Shown here: positions 17,736-25,959 of the stretch, piece by piece
Layout: every line of letters starts with the position of its first letter
Numbering within the stretch: position 1 is the first letter of the stretch
From: a virus
Taxonomy: Duplodnaviria; Caudoviricetes
DNA: 53,366 nt
Reading direction: 5' to 3' (one strand)
IMG/VR virus record: IMGVR_UViG_3300005611_000037
Coordinates: 1-53,366 of that record
The notes under the pieces: model-generated
The model's database searches: none
What the model was told of the DNA's origin: nothing
The model's input: only the letters and a program-made list of their open reading frames with translations
Position numbers and translations under genes: made by a program

Positions 17736-20197
17736 TACTTACCTCGATAAAAGTCAAGGGCTTTGAAACTTTGTGATTGTTCCAAACGATCGCGAGCGAT
17801 GTCGTCTTTCATTTCAGCAATGTCTCTTTGTAGGTTTAAACGTTCTTGTGCCAATTGTCCAGATTGCATTAACTTCATAGCATCGAACTCTTGTCTTTGT
17901 ACAAACTCTTCACGTTTTCTTTGGACATCATCGGCTTTAATGTCAAGCTCTTTATCACGCAACTCGACCAATGGGTCTGGGGCTGGTGGTGGTGGCATAA
18001 AGATCTGATTGATCTGTGCCATTAATTGTGAAGCTGTTTGAGCTACGCTTTTTGCTACCGATTCTTTTAACTGCTCTTGATATTGTTGTGCTTGTTCTGG
18101 TGGCAAAGATTGGAGCTGTTGCGTAAATGCTTGGAACTCTGGATCTTGAGAATTTTGTTGATCCACAATTTCTGCCGCTCTAAAAGAAATGTGCTGATAA
18201 ATATGTGCTTGAATGAGCGACAGAACTTGTGGATTGTTTTGTGCTGTTATGGTGTTGTACAAAGATAAGTGCGTCTGAATGTGCGCATCGTGATCTTGGT
18301 TAGCAAAAGCTTGAGCAGGTACTCCCGAAATCAAACTAGCATTTTCACTTGCTGGATCGATTGGTTGAGGGGGTTGAGGGGGTGGGAGCAACTGCTCAAT
18401 ATTTTGTACTCCCATGGCTGCATACATTCTACGATATGCCTCATACATACCATTAGGGCCATGGATTTGTGGGTTTGATTGTACTGTTTTCAACATTTCT
18501 TGTGCCAACATAACTCTTTGTGACATAGAGAAAACGTTAGGGTCTGATACTGGCAAGACATCAATACGCTCATCAAAGTCCATAGCTTTGATGGCTTGAT
18601 TGCCATTGGCTGTCATGTATGGGTATTCTGGTGGTAGATACTCACCAAATACTTTGGACAACAAATTAAATTCTATTTTTTGACTGGCATGCAATCTTTT
18701 ATGAATGGAACTCATAACTCTGGTACCACGCTCAAGTAAAGCTACTGTAGTACCTACAGGGGCATTTTGGTTGGCATCGCCAACTTGCATATCTGTAATA
18801 GATGCGAAACGCCTACCACTATCTACCAAGATTCCCAAAAGAGAGAGGAGAGTTTGAGAAGGCTCCTTGAAAGGCAATGGCACAAAGGCGTCTCGCAGAC
18901 TGCCACCTGGAGCGTCCATGTCTCTGAACTCTCCTGGTTGTAATGGTTGGTCATCATTACGTATGCGAATGCCACGCGCCTTAAAGCCAGCAGGCAAATT
19001 CGATAAAGTTCCAGCGTCTATTAGCTGTCTTAAAATAGAAGTTGAAGCTTTGGATAACCCACCGATCATGTGTGTTAAGCCGAAGCCATAAAATCCTAAA
19101 CCTGGTAAAAATTTGTATTGAACAAAGTAATTGATTTTTTGTTTTAAAACATCTTCTGGTTTGTAGTTTCTTCTGATTGATAAAATCTCATCGTTGGTTC
19201 TTGATATGGTAACGATGTAAGGCAATTTAATACCTGTTTCTTCCCCATTGGGATCGCGGTCTTCAAAACCTGGGAGATCTAATTCAGTATGTACTTCATA
19301 AATTTCACACCTATCATCTTCACGATAGCTAGGCTCAATGCCTTGTAGTTCATCAATCTCTTCTTGTACTTGATCGTAATCTTCTGGACTGTAACCGCCA
19401 GACATATCGATCATTTTGTAAAACCCTATTTGCTGTAATTTTTTGACATCGTTCTTTGACATGTCAATAACGTGCGTCACTCTAGTAGCGTTATACAGAT
19501 CGGTTGCTGAATAAGGCACAATGAGATCTTCACTAGGAATAAATTTAGAAACAGCACGTCCTAAGTTTTGGTCGTAATAAACTTTACGGAAAGCAGAACC
19601 TGAGAGGGGTAAATAAAACAAGAGTTGGTCTGTTTCAGGCTCATACTCTTTCATAATGTGCATGAGTTGATAGTTCATAAACTCTTGCACTCTTGTTGCT
19701 TGTTGATCAATTTCTGGATTGCTTTGTCCTAATACTTGAGTTTTAACTGGACCTTGCGATGGTAGCAATTCATTGTAAGCTTGGGATTGAAACTGAGTAA
19801 CCGATTCAGCTAGTAAAGGGTGCATAACACCAGAAGCACCTTCAAATGGTTGGGTGCGTTCTTCGTACTTCATACCAAGATATTCCAAACCATTGCGATA
19901 GGTTTGTTCCCATTCTTCTCTTGATGCTTTGTCGGCTTCAACGCCATCGAGAATGTCAAGCTTGACTTTACTGAGGTCAGTATCGTCCATGACTTCAGCT
20001 AGGTTGGCATAAAAGTCAATGTTTTCTGGGGGTGGTAAAGCGCCACCAAATACTAAAGTACCATCGTCTAGTTGTTGAAACTCAGAAATGTCTTGGATCT
20101 CTTCTTCAGGAACCTCAACTTCCATAGCTTTGTTACGATCACGAACTTCTAGTTCGGCTTGTTCATCAACACTAATTACTTTATCTATGTCTGCCAT
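17735..20197 (-). CDS. portal protein
   Basis: 820 aa; HPLLAESVTQFQ, GSAFRKVYYD, YGFGL.H.IG, APVGTTVALLE; located between terL and the scaffold. Confidence 0.9.
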   Translation of the reverse strand: MADIDKVISVDEQAELEVRDRNKAMEVEVPEEEIQDISEFQQLDDGTLVFGGALPPPENIDFYANLAEVMDDTDLSKVKLDILDGVEADKASREEWEQTYRNGLEYLGMKYEERTQPFEGASGVMHPLLAESVTQFQSQAYNELLPSQGPVKTQVLGQSNPEIDQQATRVQEFMNYQLMHIMKEYEPETDQLLFYLPLSGSAFRKVYYDQNLGRAVSKFIPSEDLIVPYSATDLYNATRVTHVIDMSKNDVKKLQQIGFYKMIDMSGGYSPEDYDQVQEEIDELQGIEPSYREDDRCEIYEVHTELDLPGFEDRDPNGEETGIKLPYIVTISRTNDEILSIRRNYKPEDVLKQKINYFVQYKFLPGLGFYGFGLTHMIGGLSKASTSILRQLIDAGTLSNLPAGFKARGIRIRNDDQPLQPGEFRDMDAPGGSLRDAFVPLPFKEPSQTLLSLLGILVDSGRRFASITDMQVGDANQNAPVGTTVALLERGTRVMSSIHKRLHASQKIEFNLLSKVFGEYLPPEYPYMTANGNQAIKAMDFDERIDVLPVSDPNVFSMSQRVMLAQEMLKTVQSNPQIHGPNGMYEAYRRMYAAMGVQNIEQLLPPPQPPQPIDPASENASLISGVPAQAFANQDHDAHIQTHLSLYNTITAQNNPQVLSLIQAHIYQHISFRAAEIVDQQNSQDPEFQAFTQQLQSLPPEQAQQYQEQLKESVAKSVAQTASQLMAQINQIFMPPPPAPDPLVELRDKELDIKADDVQRKREEFVQRQEFDAMKLMQSGQLAQERLNLQRDIAEMKDDIARDRLEQSQSFKALDFYRGK

Positions 20198-20550
20198 TAT
20201 TTTATCTCTCTACCAAAACCTCTTTTTGCTACGCCTGAAGATTTTCTTCTTACTATACCACCTTTTTTAATTCCATACTTCTCTCTGAGTGATTTAATTA
20301 ATCCAGGTCTAGGACCACGAGGTGATGGATTAGGAGAAAAAACTTCTTTTTCTACGCCTGCTTTTTTAGCTTCTTGTTTTATTTGTGATATTTCTTGATC
20401 GGCTTTGTTTATTTTGTTTTGTCCTGCTTTGCTATCTGCTGGATAATTACTTTCATCGCCAACTTTTTTTTCAGATTCTCCTCTTTGTTTTTTGTTTTGT
20501 GCTTTTTTAAGTCTTGCTTTTAAAAACTTAACAACCCCTTTGGCAGCCAT
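20197..20550 (-). CDS. small basic protein, paralogue 3 (ends KKGGIV...SSGVAKRGFGREIK)
   Basis: TAATG-coupled; shared C-terminal motif. Confidence 0.75.
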   Translation of the reverse strand: MAAKGVVKFLKARLKKAQNKKQRGESEKKVGDESNYPADSKAGQNKINKADQEISQIKQEAKKAGVEKEVFSPNPSPRGPRPGLIKSLREKYGIKKGGIVRRKSSGVAKRGFGREIK

Positions 20551-20834
20551 TACTTTATTTCTTTTCCGAAACCTTTAAGCGCTACGCCAGAAGATTTTGA
20601 TTTTGAAGAGACAACTCCGCCACTTTTCATTTCTTGCACTTTGCTTCCTCCAATACCTACTCCTAATGAACCTGCAAGAGCGGGTGAAACATTTTTAATT
20701 TTCTCAATGTTTTTCATAGTTCTAAGCTTCATTTCAGCATTACGTCTTTTTTCTGGCCGACTAAATGGATCCATTGATTTAGCTCTAAGCTTAAGTTTCT
20801 TAAGACCTTCTTTGATTGCTTTTCCCATTGCCAT
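20550..20834 (-). CDS. small basic protein, paralogue 2 (ends KSGGVV...SSGVALKGFGKEIK)
   Basis: TAATG-coupled; shared C-terminal motif. Confidence 0.75.
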   Translation of the reverse strand: MAMGKAIKEGLKKLKLRAKSMDPFSRPEKRRNAEMKLRTMKNIEKIKNVSPALAGSLGVGIGGSKVQEMKSGGVVSSKSKSSGVALKGFGKEIK

Positions 20835-21385
20835 TATTTTATTTCCTTACCATAACCTCTGAGTGCTACACCAGAGGATCTTCTTTTGACTGGTTTTCTA
20901 ACACTAGATTTAACCATACCACCTCTTTTCATTTTTTTAGGGCCAGGTAATCTTTTACTAACGTAATCTTCTTTTGTTTTTCTTATGCTTTTTTTAACTT
21001 CTGATTCGTAAAGTTTTTCTAAGTTGCTATCTTTTGGTGTAATGCCTCTTTTTTTAAGGTAATCAACTTTGCCTTGTCGAATGCTTTTCTTTGCTTCTGA
21101 TTCAAAAATTTTATCCAACTCTTTGTCGGATAATTTTTTTAGAGGAGTTTTATTTTTTAAAGCTGGTTTAACTACTTTGTTTACATAATTTTTAGTAAAG
21201 GATTGCAACTCTTGTCTTTCCATTCCTTTCTTAATATCTTTCTTGACTGCTTTATCAAACTTTTCAAAATCAATTTCATTTTGTATTTGCTGTGATTTAG
21301 CCGATGGGTTTAATTTCTCGCCAACAACGCCTTCTTTTTTCTTTTTACCCTTAAGAACGCCCTTGATTAATTTTGTAATTGCCAT
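20834..21385 (-). CDS. small basic protein, paralogue 1 (ends KRGGMV...SSGVALRGYGKEIK)
   Basis: TAATG-coupled; shared C-terminal motif. Confidence 0.75.
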   Translation of the reverse strand: MAITKLIKGVLKGKKKKEGVVGEKLNPSAKSQQIQNEIDFEKFDKAVKKDIKKGMERQELQSFTKNYVNKVVKPALKNKTPLKKLSDKELDKIFESEAKKSIRQGKVDYLKKRGITPKDSNLEKLYESEVKKSIRKTKEDYVSKRLPGPKKMKRGGMVKSSVRKPVKRRSSGVALRGYGKEIK

Positions 21386-22851
21386 TAGTAATATATCCTT
21401 TCTTTTGGTATTGGTTCTTCGTCTTCTAAGTCCGAATACAGACTTATGAAATTTCCTTGCCTAAATCTTAATATGGCTTGCGTCATTGAGTCAACAAAAT
21501 CGTCATGCTCCCCATAAGGGAAAGCTGCGCATTCTTCCATGACTTCGTCAGCAAAAATGGTATCAGGCGCCCAAACCAACCCAGATTCAAATACTGGAGC
21601 GACCGAATGCACACGAGTTGTCTTGTCTTTACCTCTGGTGGGCCTGTAATTAACTACAGGTATTCCCGCCATGCGCAACTCGTGAGTCAAAGGCAAGCCG
21701 CTTGCTTGTGATTCTACCAAGACTGCGTCTGGTTGCCAATACTGATATTCTTCATAAGCGATACTTTTTAATTCAGGGAAATCCCAACGCCCACGTTTGG
21801 CGTCCAACAAAATAATGGATTCAGGCGCATCGGCATTGGGGCGAAACACACCCCAAGTTGTAATGGCTGAGTAGTCTGCGGTTTGTTTGGCTGAGAAAGC
21901 TGTATCGTAAGATTGCAAGACGTAACTCGGTTCGGGTGGGTTTTTATTCTCCCACTTCTGCCACCATTCACGTTTGATAATCGCCCCTTCTTCCGAGGTT
22001 GGGTTTTGCATGTACTGAGCGTTCCACTTAGCAATCGGCAAAGAGGCCTTAACCGCTTCGAGTTCTTCGATCTTCCAAAACTCAGGCCACAAAGGTTCAC
22101 CGCTTTCCAAGATGGCAGGTAGCTCAACCACTTCCCATTGGTCGGCATGCGCTTCGCCCATACGTCTAATAAGTTTCTCAGTTAGATCCAAAGTCGACCA
22201 TCTGGTCATAACCACCACAATCGAACCACCAGGTTGCAAACGCTGACGCGGTCCAGAGGTGTACCACTCGTAAGCCGACTCCAAAGCCGAAGGCGACATG
22301 GCGTCCTGTTCTGAATGCGGGTCATCAATGATGAGCAGATCGGCACCTCGTCCTGTGATCGCGCCCCCGACCCCTGCGGCAAAGTATTCGCCCCCTGCAC
22401 TGGTTTCCCAACGTCCTGCCGACTTGGAATCAGCCGACAGCGAAACCTTGTCAAAAACACGCTTGTACTCTTCGGTGTCCATAAGGTTACGCACCTTACG
22501 CCCGAACCTCTGTGAAAGTTCTGCGGTGTGGGTGGTCTGCATGATCTTCATGTCGGGTCTGATGCCCATCATGTAAGAGGGGAAATACACCGAAGCAAAC
22601 TCAGACTTGGTGTGACGTGGGGGCATGTTGACTATGAGACGTTTGATCTTGCCGCGCGCGACTGCTTCGAGCTTACGCGCAAAAAGCTTGTGATGTTCGC
22701 CCTCGATGAAGCCGTCCCAGACTGCTTTGATGTAACTAAGGAAGTTTTTCTGAGCTTGGTCGCGATTGTCGATCTGCTTGAGCTTTTCCTTGATCATAAG
22801 GATCTCGCGCAACTTATCGTCAGCAAGGTGGTCTAGTTTAGGCTTCGTCAT
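21385..22851 (-). CDS. terL: terminase large subunit
   Basis: Walker A NMPPRHTKS, Walker B LLIIDDP, MTRW coupling motif, nuclease SYDTA and HDDFVDS. Confidence 0.95.
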   Translation of the reverse strand: MTKPKLDHLADDKLREILMIKEKLKQIDNRDQAQKNFLSYIKAVWDGFIEGEHHKLFARKLEAVARGKIKRLIVNMPPRHTKSEFASVYFPSYMMGIRPDMKIMQTTHTAELSQRFGRKVRNLMDTEEYKRVFDKVSLSADSKSAGRWETSAGGEYFAAGVGGAITGRGADLLIIDDPHSEQDAMSPSALESAYEWYTSGPRQRLQPGGSIVVVMTRWSTLDLTEKLIRRMGEAHADQWEVVELPAILESGEPLWPEFWKIEELEAVKASLPIAKWNAQYMQNPTSEEGAIIKREWWQKWENKNPPEPSYVLQSYDTAFSAKQTADYSAITTWGVFRPNADAPESIILLDAKRGRWDFPELKSIAYEEYQYWQPDAVLVESQASGLPLTHELRMAGIPVVNYRPTRGKDKTTRVHSVAPVFESGLVWAPDTIFADEVMEECAAFPYGEHDDFVDSMTQAILRFRQGNFISLYSDLEDEEPIPKERIYY

Positions 22852-23446
22852 TGGTAATACTTAAAATGTATGCACTCACTTGGCGCGGTTCGTTTAATTT
22901 TATCTCGATAAGTTCTGGTTGACAAAACCCATTTAAATACTGCTCAAGTCGCCAAAAGGTTTTGCGCCCTGGGTCAGCCAGCATAATCTCAGCAACACCT
23001 GCCTTGAGTGCTTGCTTGATGAACTTGACCAAGCCGTCTAGTTGTTCGTCCCAAAAACAAACATCAGCGCCCACAATCCAATCGATGTGCGCGAGGTCGC
23101 CAAGGTCAAGGCGCGTGAGATCTGTGATGCGCAACATGCCTTGAGTGTTGTTTAGCTCTCTGATGAGTTCATAGTAGAGGGCAACGTTGGGGTCGTAGTC
23201 GACCGACTGCACATGGGCGCCTTTACGCGCGAGCATGCTTGAGACCACGCCCCAGCCACAGCCGATTTCCATGATCTCGTGGTCGGTGACATCGTAGTCG
23301 GACAAGTAGTCCATCAGTGCCAGTGATGCGTTCCATACCTTGTTGCCGTGGGCTTGGTATGAAATTTTTTTGTTTTTAATGTTTCTTACCATGCCATGGG
23401 CGCTAGTTGGAATCACGATGTCGTGAAAAGTAAAACTCTGCCTCAT
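22838..23446 (-). CDS. SAM-dependent methyltransferase, Methyltransf_16-like (putative protein-lysine MTase)
   Basis: GNKVWNASLALMDYL, IMEIGCGWG, IVGADVCF, LADPGR. Confidence 0.8.
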   Translation of the reverse strand: MRQSFTFHDIVIPTSAHGMVRNIKNKKISYQAHGNKVWNASLALMDYLSDYDVTDHEIMEIGCGWGVVSSMLARKGAHVQSVDYDPNVALYYELIRELNNTQGMLRITDLTRLDLGDLAHIDWIVGADVCFWDEQLDGLVKFIKQALKAGVAEIMLADPGRKTFWRLEQYLNGFCQPELIEIKLNEPRQVSAYILSITNDEA

Positions 23447-23667
23447 TGTGTATATAGTATCTGAATAGGGGTCCCAAAGCTATTTTTTTGCTGATTGTAT
23501 GTATTGATTGTTATATATATATACTAAAATTTTTGCACACCGCCTAGCATTGGGGGGTCGCCATTTTTAAAAAAAAGTTCTAGAAAATTTGGGTTGCAAT
23601 TCCATAGAGACCCATAAAAAAAAGTAGTGTTTATTTTTATAAAACTATACAAATTGTCTATTTAATT

Positions 23668-23676
23668 TGGTAAAAT
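23668..23676 (+). promoter_or_regulatory. extended -10 promoter of the first early unit
   Basis: TGG-TAAAAT in AT-rich DNA about 40 nt upstream of ATG 23718. Confidence 0.45.
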
Positions 23677-23717
23677 AACTGTAAGTTATTTAGGTAAATA
23701 ACTACGGAGAAAATAAA

Positions 23718-24065
23718 ATGAAAGATATAAGTCTTTTAAAATCGTTGAGAGAAATGAAAAATTCTCTTGAAAGTAATACCAAGGTACAAAAATACCTTGA
23801 GGTAATGTCTCAGCTTTCAGCCTGTGAAAGTAGAATAAAGAATGAGATCAAAGACAATTTGATTGTTAAAGATGATCGGTTCGGGTTTCGTAGCGGGTGG
23901 CACAATTGGACCAAATCTAAATCTAGAATTAAACCAATAATTACTGATGGCACTAGAATTAATGGCTCAATTGGCAATAGTGGGCAACTGCTTCACTATA
24001 CTGTCAGCCACCGCAAAGGCTATGAAGTAAAACCTACGGCAACAATTAAATTGGAGATGTTCTAA
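23718..24065 (+). CDS. hypothetical early protein
   Basis: GGAGAAAATAAA-ATG RBS; 115 aa. Confidence 0.75.
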   Translation: MKDISLLKSLREMKNSLESNTKVQKYLEVMSQLSACESRIKNEIKDNLIVKDDRFGFRSGWHNWTKSKSRIKPIITDGTRINGSIGNSGQLLHYTVSHRKGYEVKPTATIKLEMF

Positions 24066-24397
24066 TGGAAAGATTACCAAATGATTTAATGCCCAACTTT
24101 GCTGACCGAGAGGTCAGCAAGGAACAGGCAGCCGAGGAGCTCTATCAAGCTTTGTGCAAAATTGCTGAAGCTAATGGCCACGATCCAAAATGGGAAGTCT
24201 CAATAATGAAAGATCATAATAAATATGAAGAGATTAATGAGGGTGACATTTGGGTGACTTATGAAGCGGGGCCGTGGGAATGGGGCGTTGGCTATTCTTT
24301 AGGCTCACACCCTGAAAGTTATACTTGGCCTACAACTAAGCAAGATTGGTATCTTGAGACCTATTATGGATTTGATGTCATCTTTACAGACATCTAA
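24065..24397 (+). CDS. hypothetical acidic early protein
   Basis: TAATG coupling; aromatic/acidic (YEAGPWEWG). Confidence 0.75.
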   Translation: MERLPNDLMPNFADREVSKEQAAEELYQALCKIAEANGHDPKWEVSIMKDHNKYEEINEGDIWVTYEAGPWEWGVGYSLGSHPESYTWPTTKQDWYLETYYGFDVIFTDI

Positions 24398-24432
24398 CAG
24401 GAGCCTGGGGCAGCAATGCCCCAGGATTTATT

Positions 24433-24618
24433 ATGGTAATGAAAATAAATAAGAAAAAATTTGATCAATGCTTTGGCCAAAGAATAACCGAGTGTTTTAA
24501 ATGCGAGTCAAAAAACATTGGGTTTCTAGGTGGCGTTGCAGTCAAAGACAATGAAGCTGAACTATTCCTTTATTGTTCAGGCCATTGGTGTTTGGATTGT
24601 GACACTGAGCTAGATTAA
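24433..24618 (+). CDS. small zinc-ribbon protein
   Basis: CFKCES...CLDC. Confidence 0.6.
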   Translation: MVMKINKKKFDQCFGQRITECFKCESKNIGFLGGVAVKDNEAELFLYCSGHWCLDCDTELD

Positions 24619-24668
24619 ATTTGGAGATCTCCAACAAGATCCAGATCGGGCTGGAGATCTCCACCAAG

Positions 24669-24693
24669 ACCAGGCGAAAGCCTGGTTTTTTTT
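24669..24693 (+). terminator. intrinsic terminator
   Basis: CCAGGC-GAAA-GCCTGG followed by T8. Confidence 0.9.
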
Positions 24694-24781
24694 ACGCCAT
24701 CGCTCGCAAATTATATTCAAGCTCGCAAAAAAAATTTATGTTCAAGCTCGCAAAAAGTTTAACGCCATAGCTCGCAAAAAA
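24691..24781 (+). repeat. array of four GCTCGCAAA direct repeats
   Basis: TTTACGCCATCGCTCGCAAA, TTCAAGCTCGCAAAA (twice), TTAACGCCATAGCTCGCAAAA. Confidence 0.85.
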
Positions 24782-24844
24782 TAAAACCCCTGGAATCGCA
24801 ATACTTGGAGCTGACAAACAAACAAAGATAGATAAATTTAGTTG

Positions 24845-24873
24845 TTGACAAATTGTATATAATAAAAGAAAAT
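24845..24873 (+). promoter_or_regulatory. probable promoter of the second early unit
   Basis: Perfect TTGACA; only a weak -10 (GAAAAT) at 17 nt. Confidence 0.4.
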
Positions 24874-24920
24874 AAAGTATTGATGGTAATTAAGCCATCA
24901 TGTAATTGGAGAAAATTATT

Positions 24921-25313
24921 ATGGGTAATCGAGCCGTAATAGCAATCGAGAAAGAGGGAGTGCCTAAAGAGTACAGCCCTGCAATATATGTTCATTGGAA
25001 TGGTGGACGCGATAGCATCGAAGCATTCCTTGAAGCAGCCAAAAGAATGGGCGTCAGACTAAATGAAGACGACTATTTTTTAGCACGACTAACGCAATTA
25101 ATCACTAATTTCTTTGGTGGCACTTTGTCTGTAGGTGTTGGCAATTATTGTTCACTTGACACCAACAACTACGATAATGGTGTTTATTGGCTGAAGAATG
25201 GCGAGATAGTTGGTAGAGAATTTGCCCCCGAAGAAGAACAAACGGGGCATGATTTCGAGGAGATGGTTGAGGAAATTCTCAACAGAACAAACACCGAAGG
25301 GGCATTAGCCTAA
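24921..25313 (+). CDS. conserved hypothetical early phage protein
   Basis: ATG 24921 follows GGAGAAAATTATT; MGNRAVI...IYVHWNGG..S...FL...DNGVY. Confidence 0.8.
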   Translation: MGNRAVIAIEKEGVPKEYSPAIYVHWNGGRDSIEAFLEAAKRMGVRLNEDDYFLARLTQLITNFFGGTLSVGVGNYCSLDTNNYDNGVYWLKNGEIVGREFAPEEEQTGHDFEEMVEEILNRTNTEGALA

Positions 25314-25349
25314 CAGGGGGTGGGGCGTAGCAATGCGCCCCTTTTGATT

Positions 25350-25715
25350 ATGGAATTACTAACTATTGATAACGCTAGGGATCTCTTGAAGAAGGGAGAA
25401 ACTTATCGCATTGGGGCTAACGAACTAAACTGTTTAGAGTTTGCCTACGAACACAAAGGGTTTAAAACAAAAAACCCGCACTATGAAAAGCTACCATCAT
25501 TTTTAAATGATGCTGAAACTTTGTATTTAGATGGGACAATTAATTGGTTGGATGTTGACATGGAAGAACAGAAAACCGATTACAGATTCCACGCTATAAG
25601 AAAACCACCTAGTGAAAAGTTGGACAATAAATTTATGCATGGGGTATTCTGTGCTTGGAATGGTGAGCCACTTTGGTTGCTAGATGATTACGAAACTACA
25701 AAGGATATAGTTTAA
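25350..25715 (+). CDS. hypothetical early protein
   Basis: ATG 25350 preferred because the track start lies inside a hairpin. Confidence 0.65.
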   Translation: MELLTIDNARDLLKKGETYRIGANELNCLEFAYEHKGFKTKNPHYEKLPSFLNDAETLYLDGTINWLDVDMEEQKTDYRFHAIRKPPSEKLDNKFMHGVFCAWNGEPLWLLDDYETTKDIV

Positions 25716-25722
25716 CCAGGAT

Positions 25723-25748
25723 CCCCAGGGGAAACCCTGGGGTTTTTT
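25723..25748 (+). terminator. intrinsic terminator
   Basis: CCCCAGGG-GAAA-CCCTGGGG followed by T6. Confidence 0.9.
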
Positions 25749-25766
25749 ATTCACGCCATAAGTCGA

Positions 25767-25795
25767 TTGCGTCAGAACGCAAATGCGTGTATGAT
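25767..25795 (+). promoter_or_regulatory. sigma70-type promoter for the candidate sRNA
   Basis: TTGCGT-17 nt-TATGAT. Confidence 0.65.
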
Positions 25796-25800
25796 CGCAA

Positions 25801-25871
25801 ATATCACTTTCATATTATTTTCTCCAAGGTGTGAATATGAGTAGGGGAGATCGCAAGATCTCCCTTTTTTT
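25801..25871 (+). ncRNA. candidate ~70 nt anti-RBS small RNA
   Basis: Bounded by a promoter and a terminator, no plausible ORF, contains CTTTCATATTATTTTCTCCAA (antisense to an SD plus AUG). Confidence 0.6.
25845..25871 (+). terminator. intrinsic terminator of the candidate sRNA
   Basis: GGGAGATC-GCAA-GATCTCCC followed by T7. Confidence 0.9.
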
Positions 25872-25959
25872 ATGCCCAAGGTCGCAGAAAGATCCAGATC
25901 GGTTGGTCTAGGACTTCCCCGTCAGACGGCAACTTCCCCTAGGATTTCCCTGCACGCAC

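Noticed and set aside
24691-24781. Possible mini-CRISPR array
   Set aside because: Repeats are only 9-20 bp with short A/T-rich spacers; there is no cas operon, and the Cas4-like nuclease sits in an ordinary recombination module
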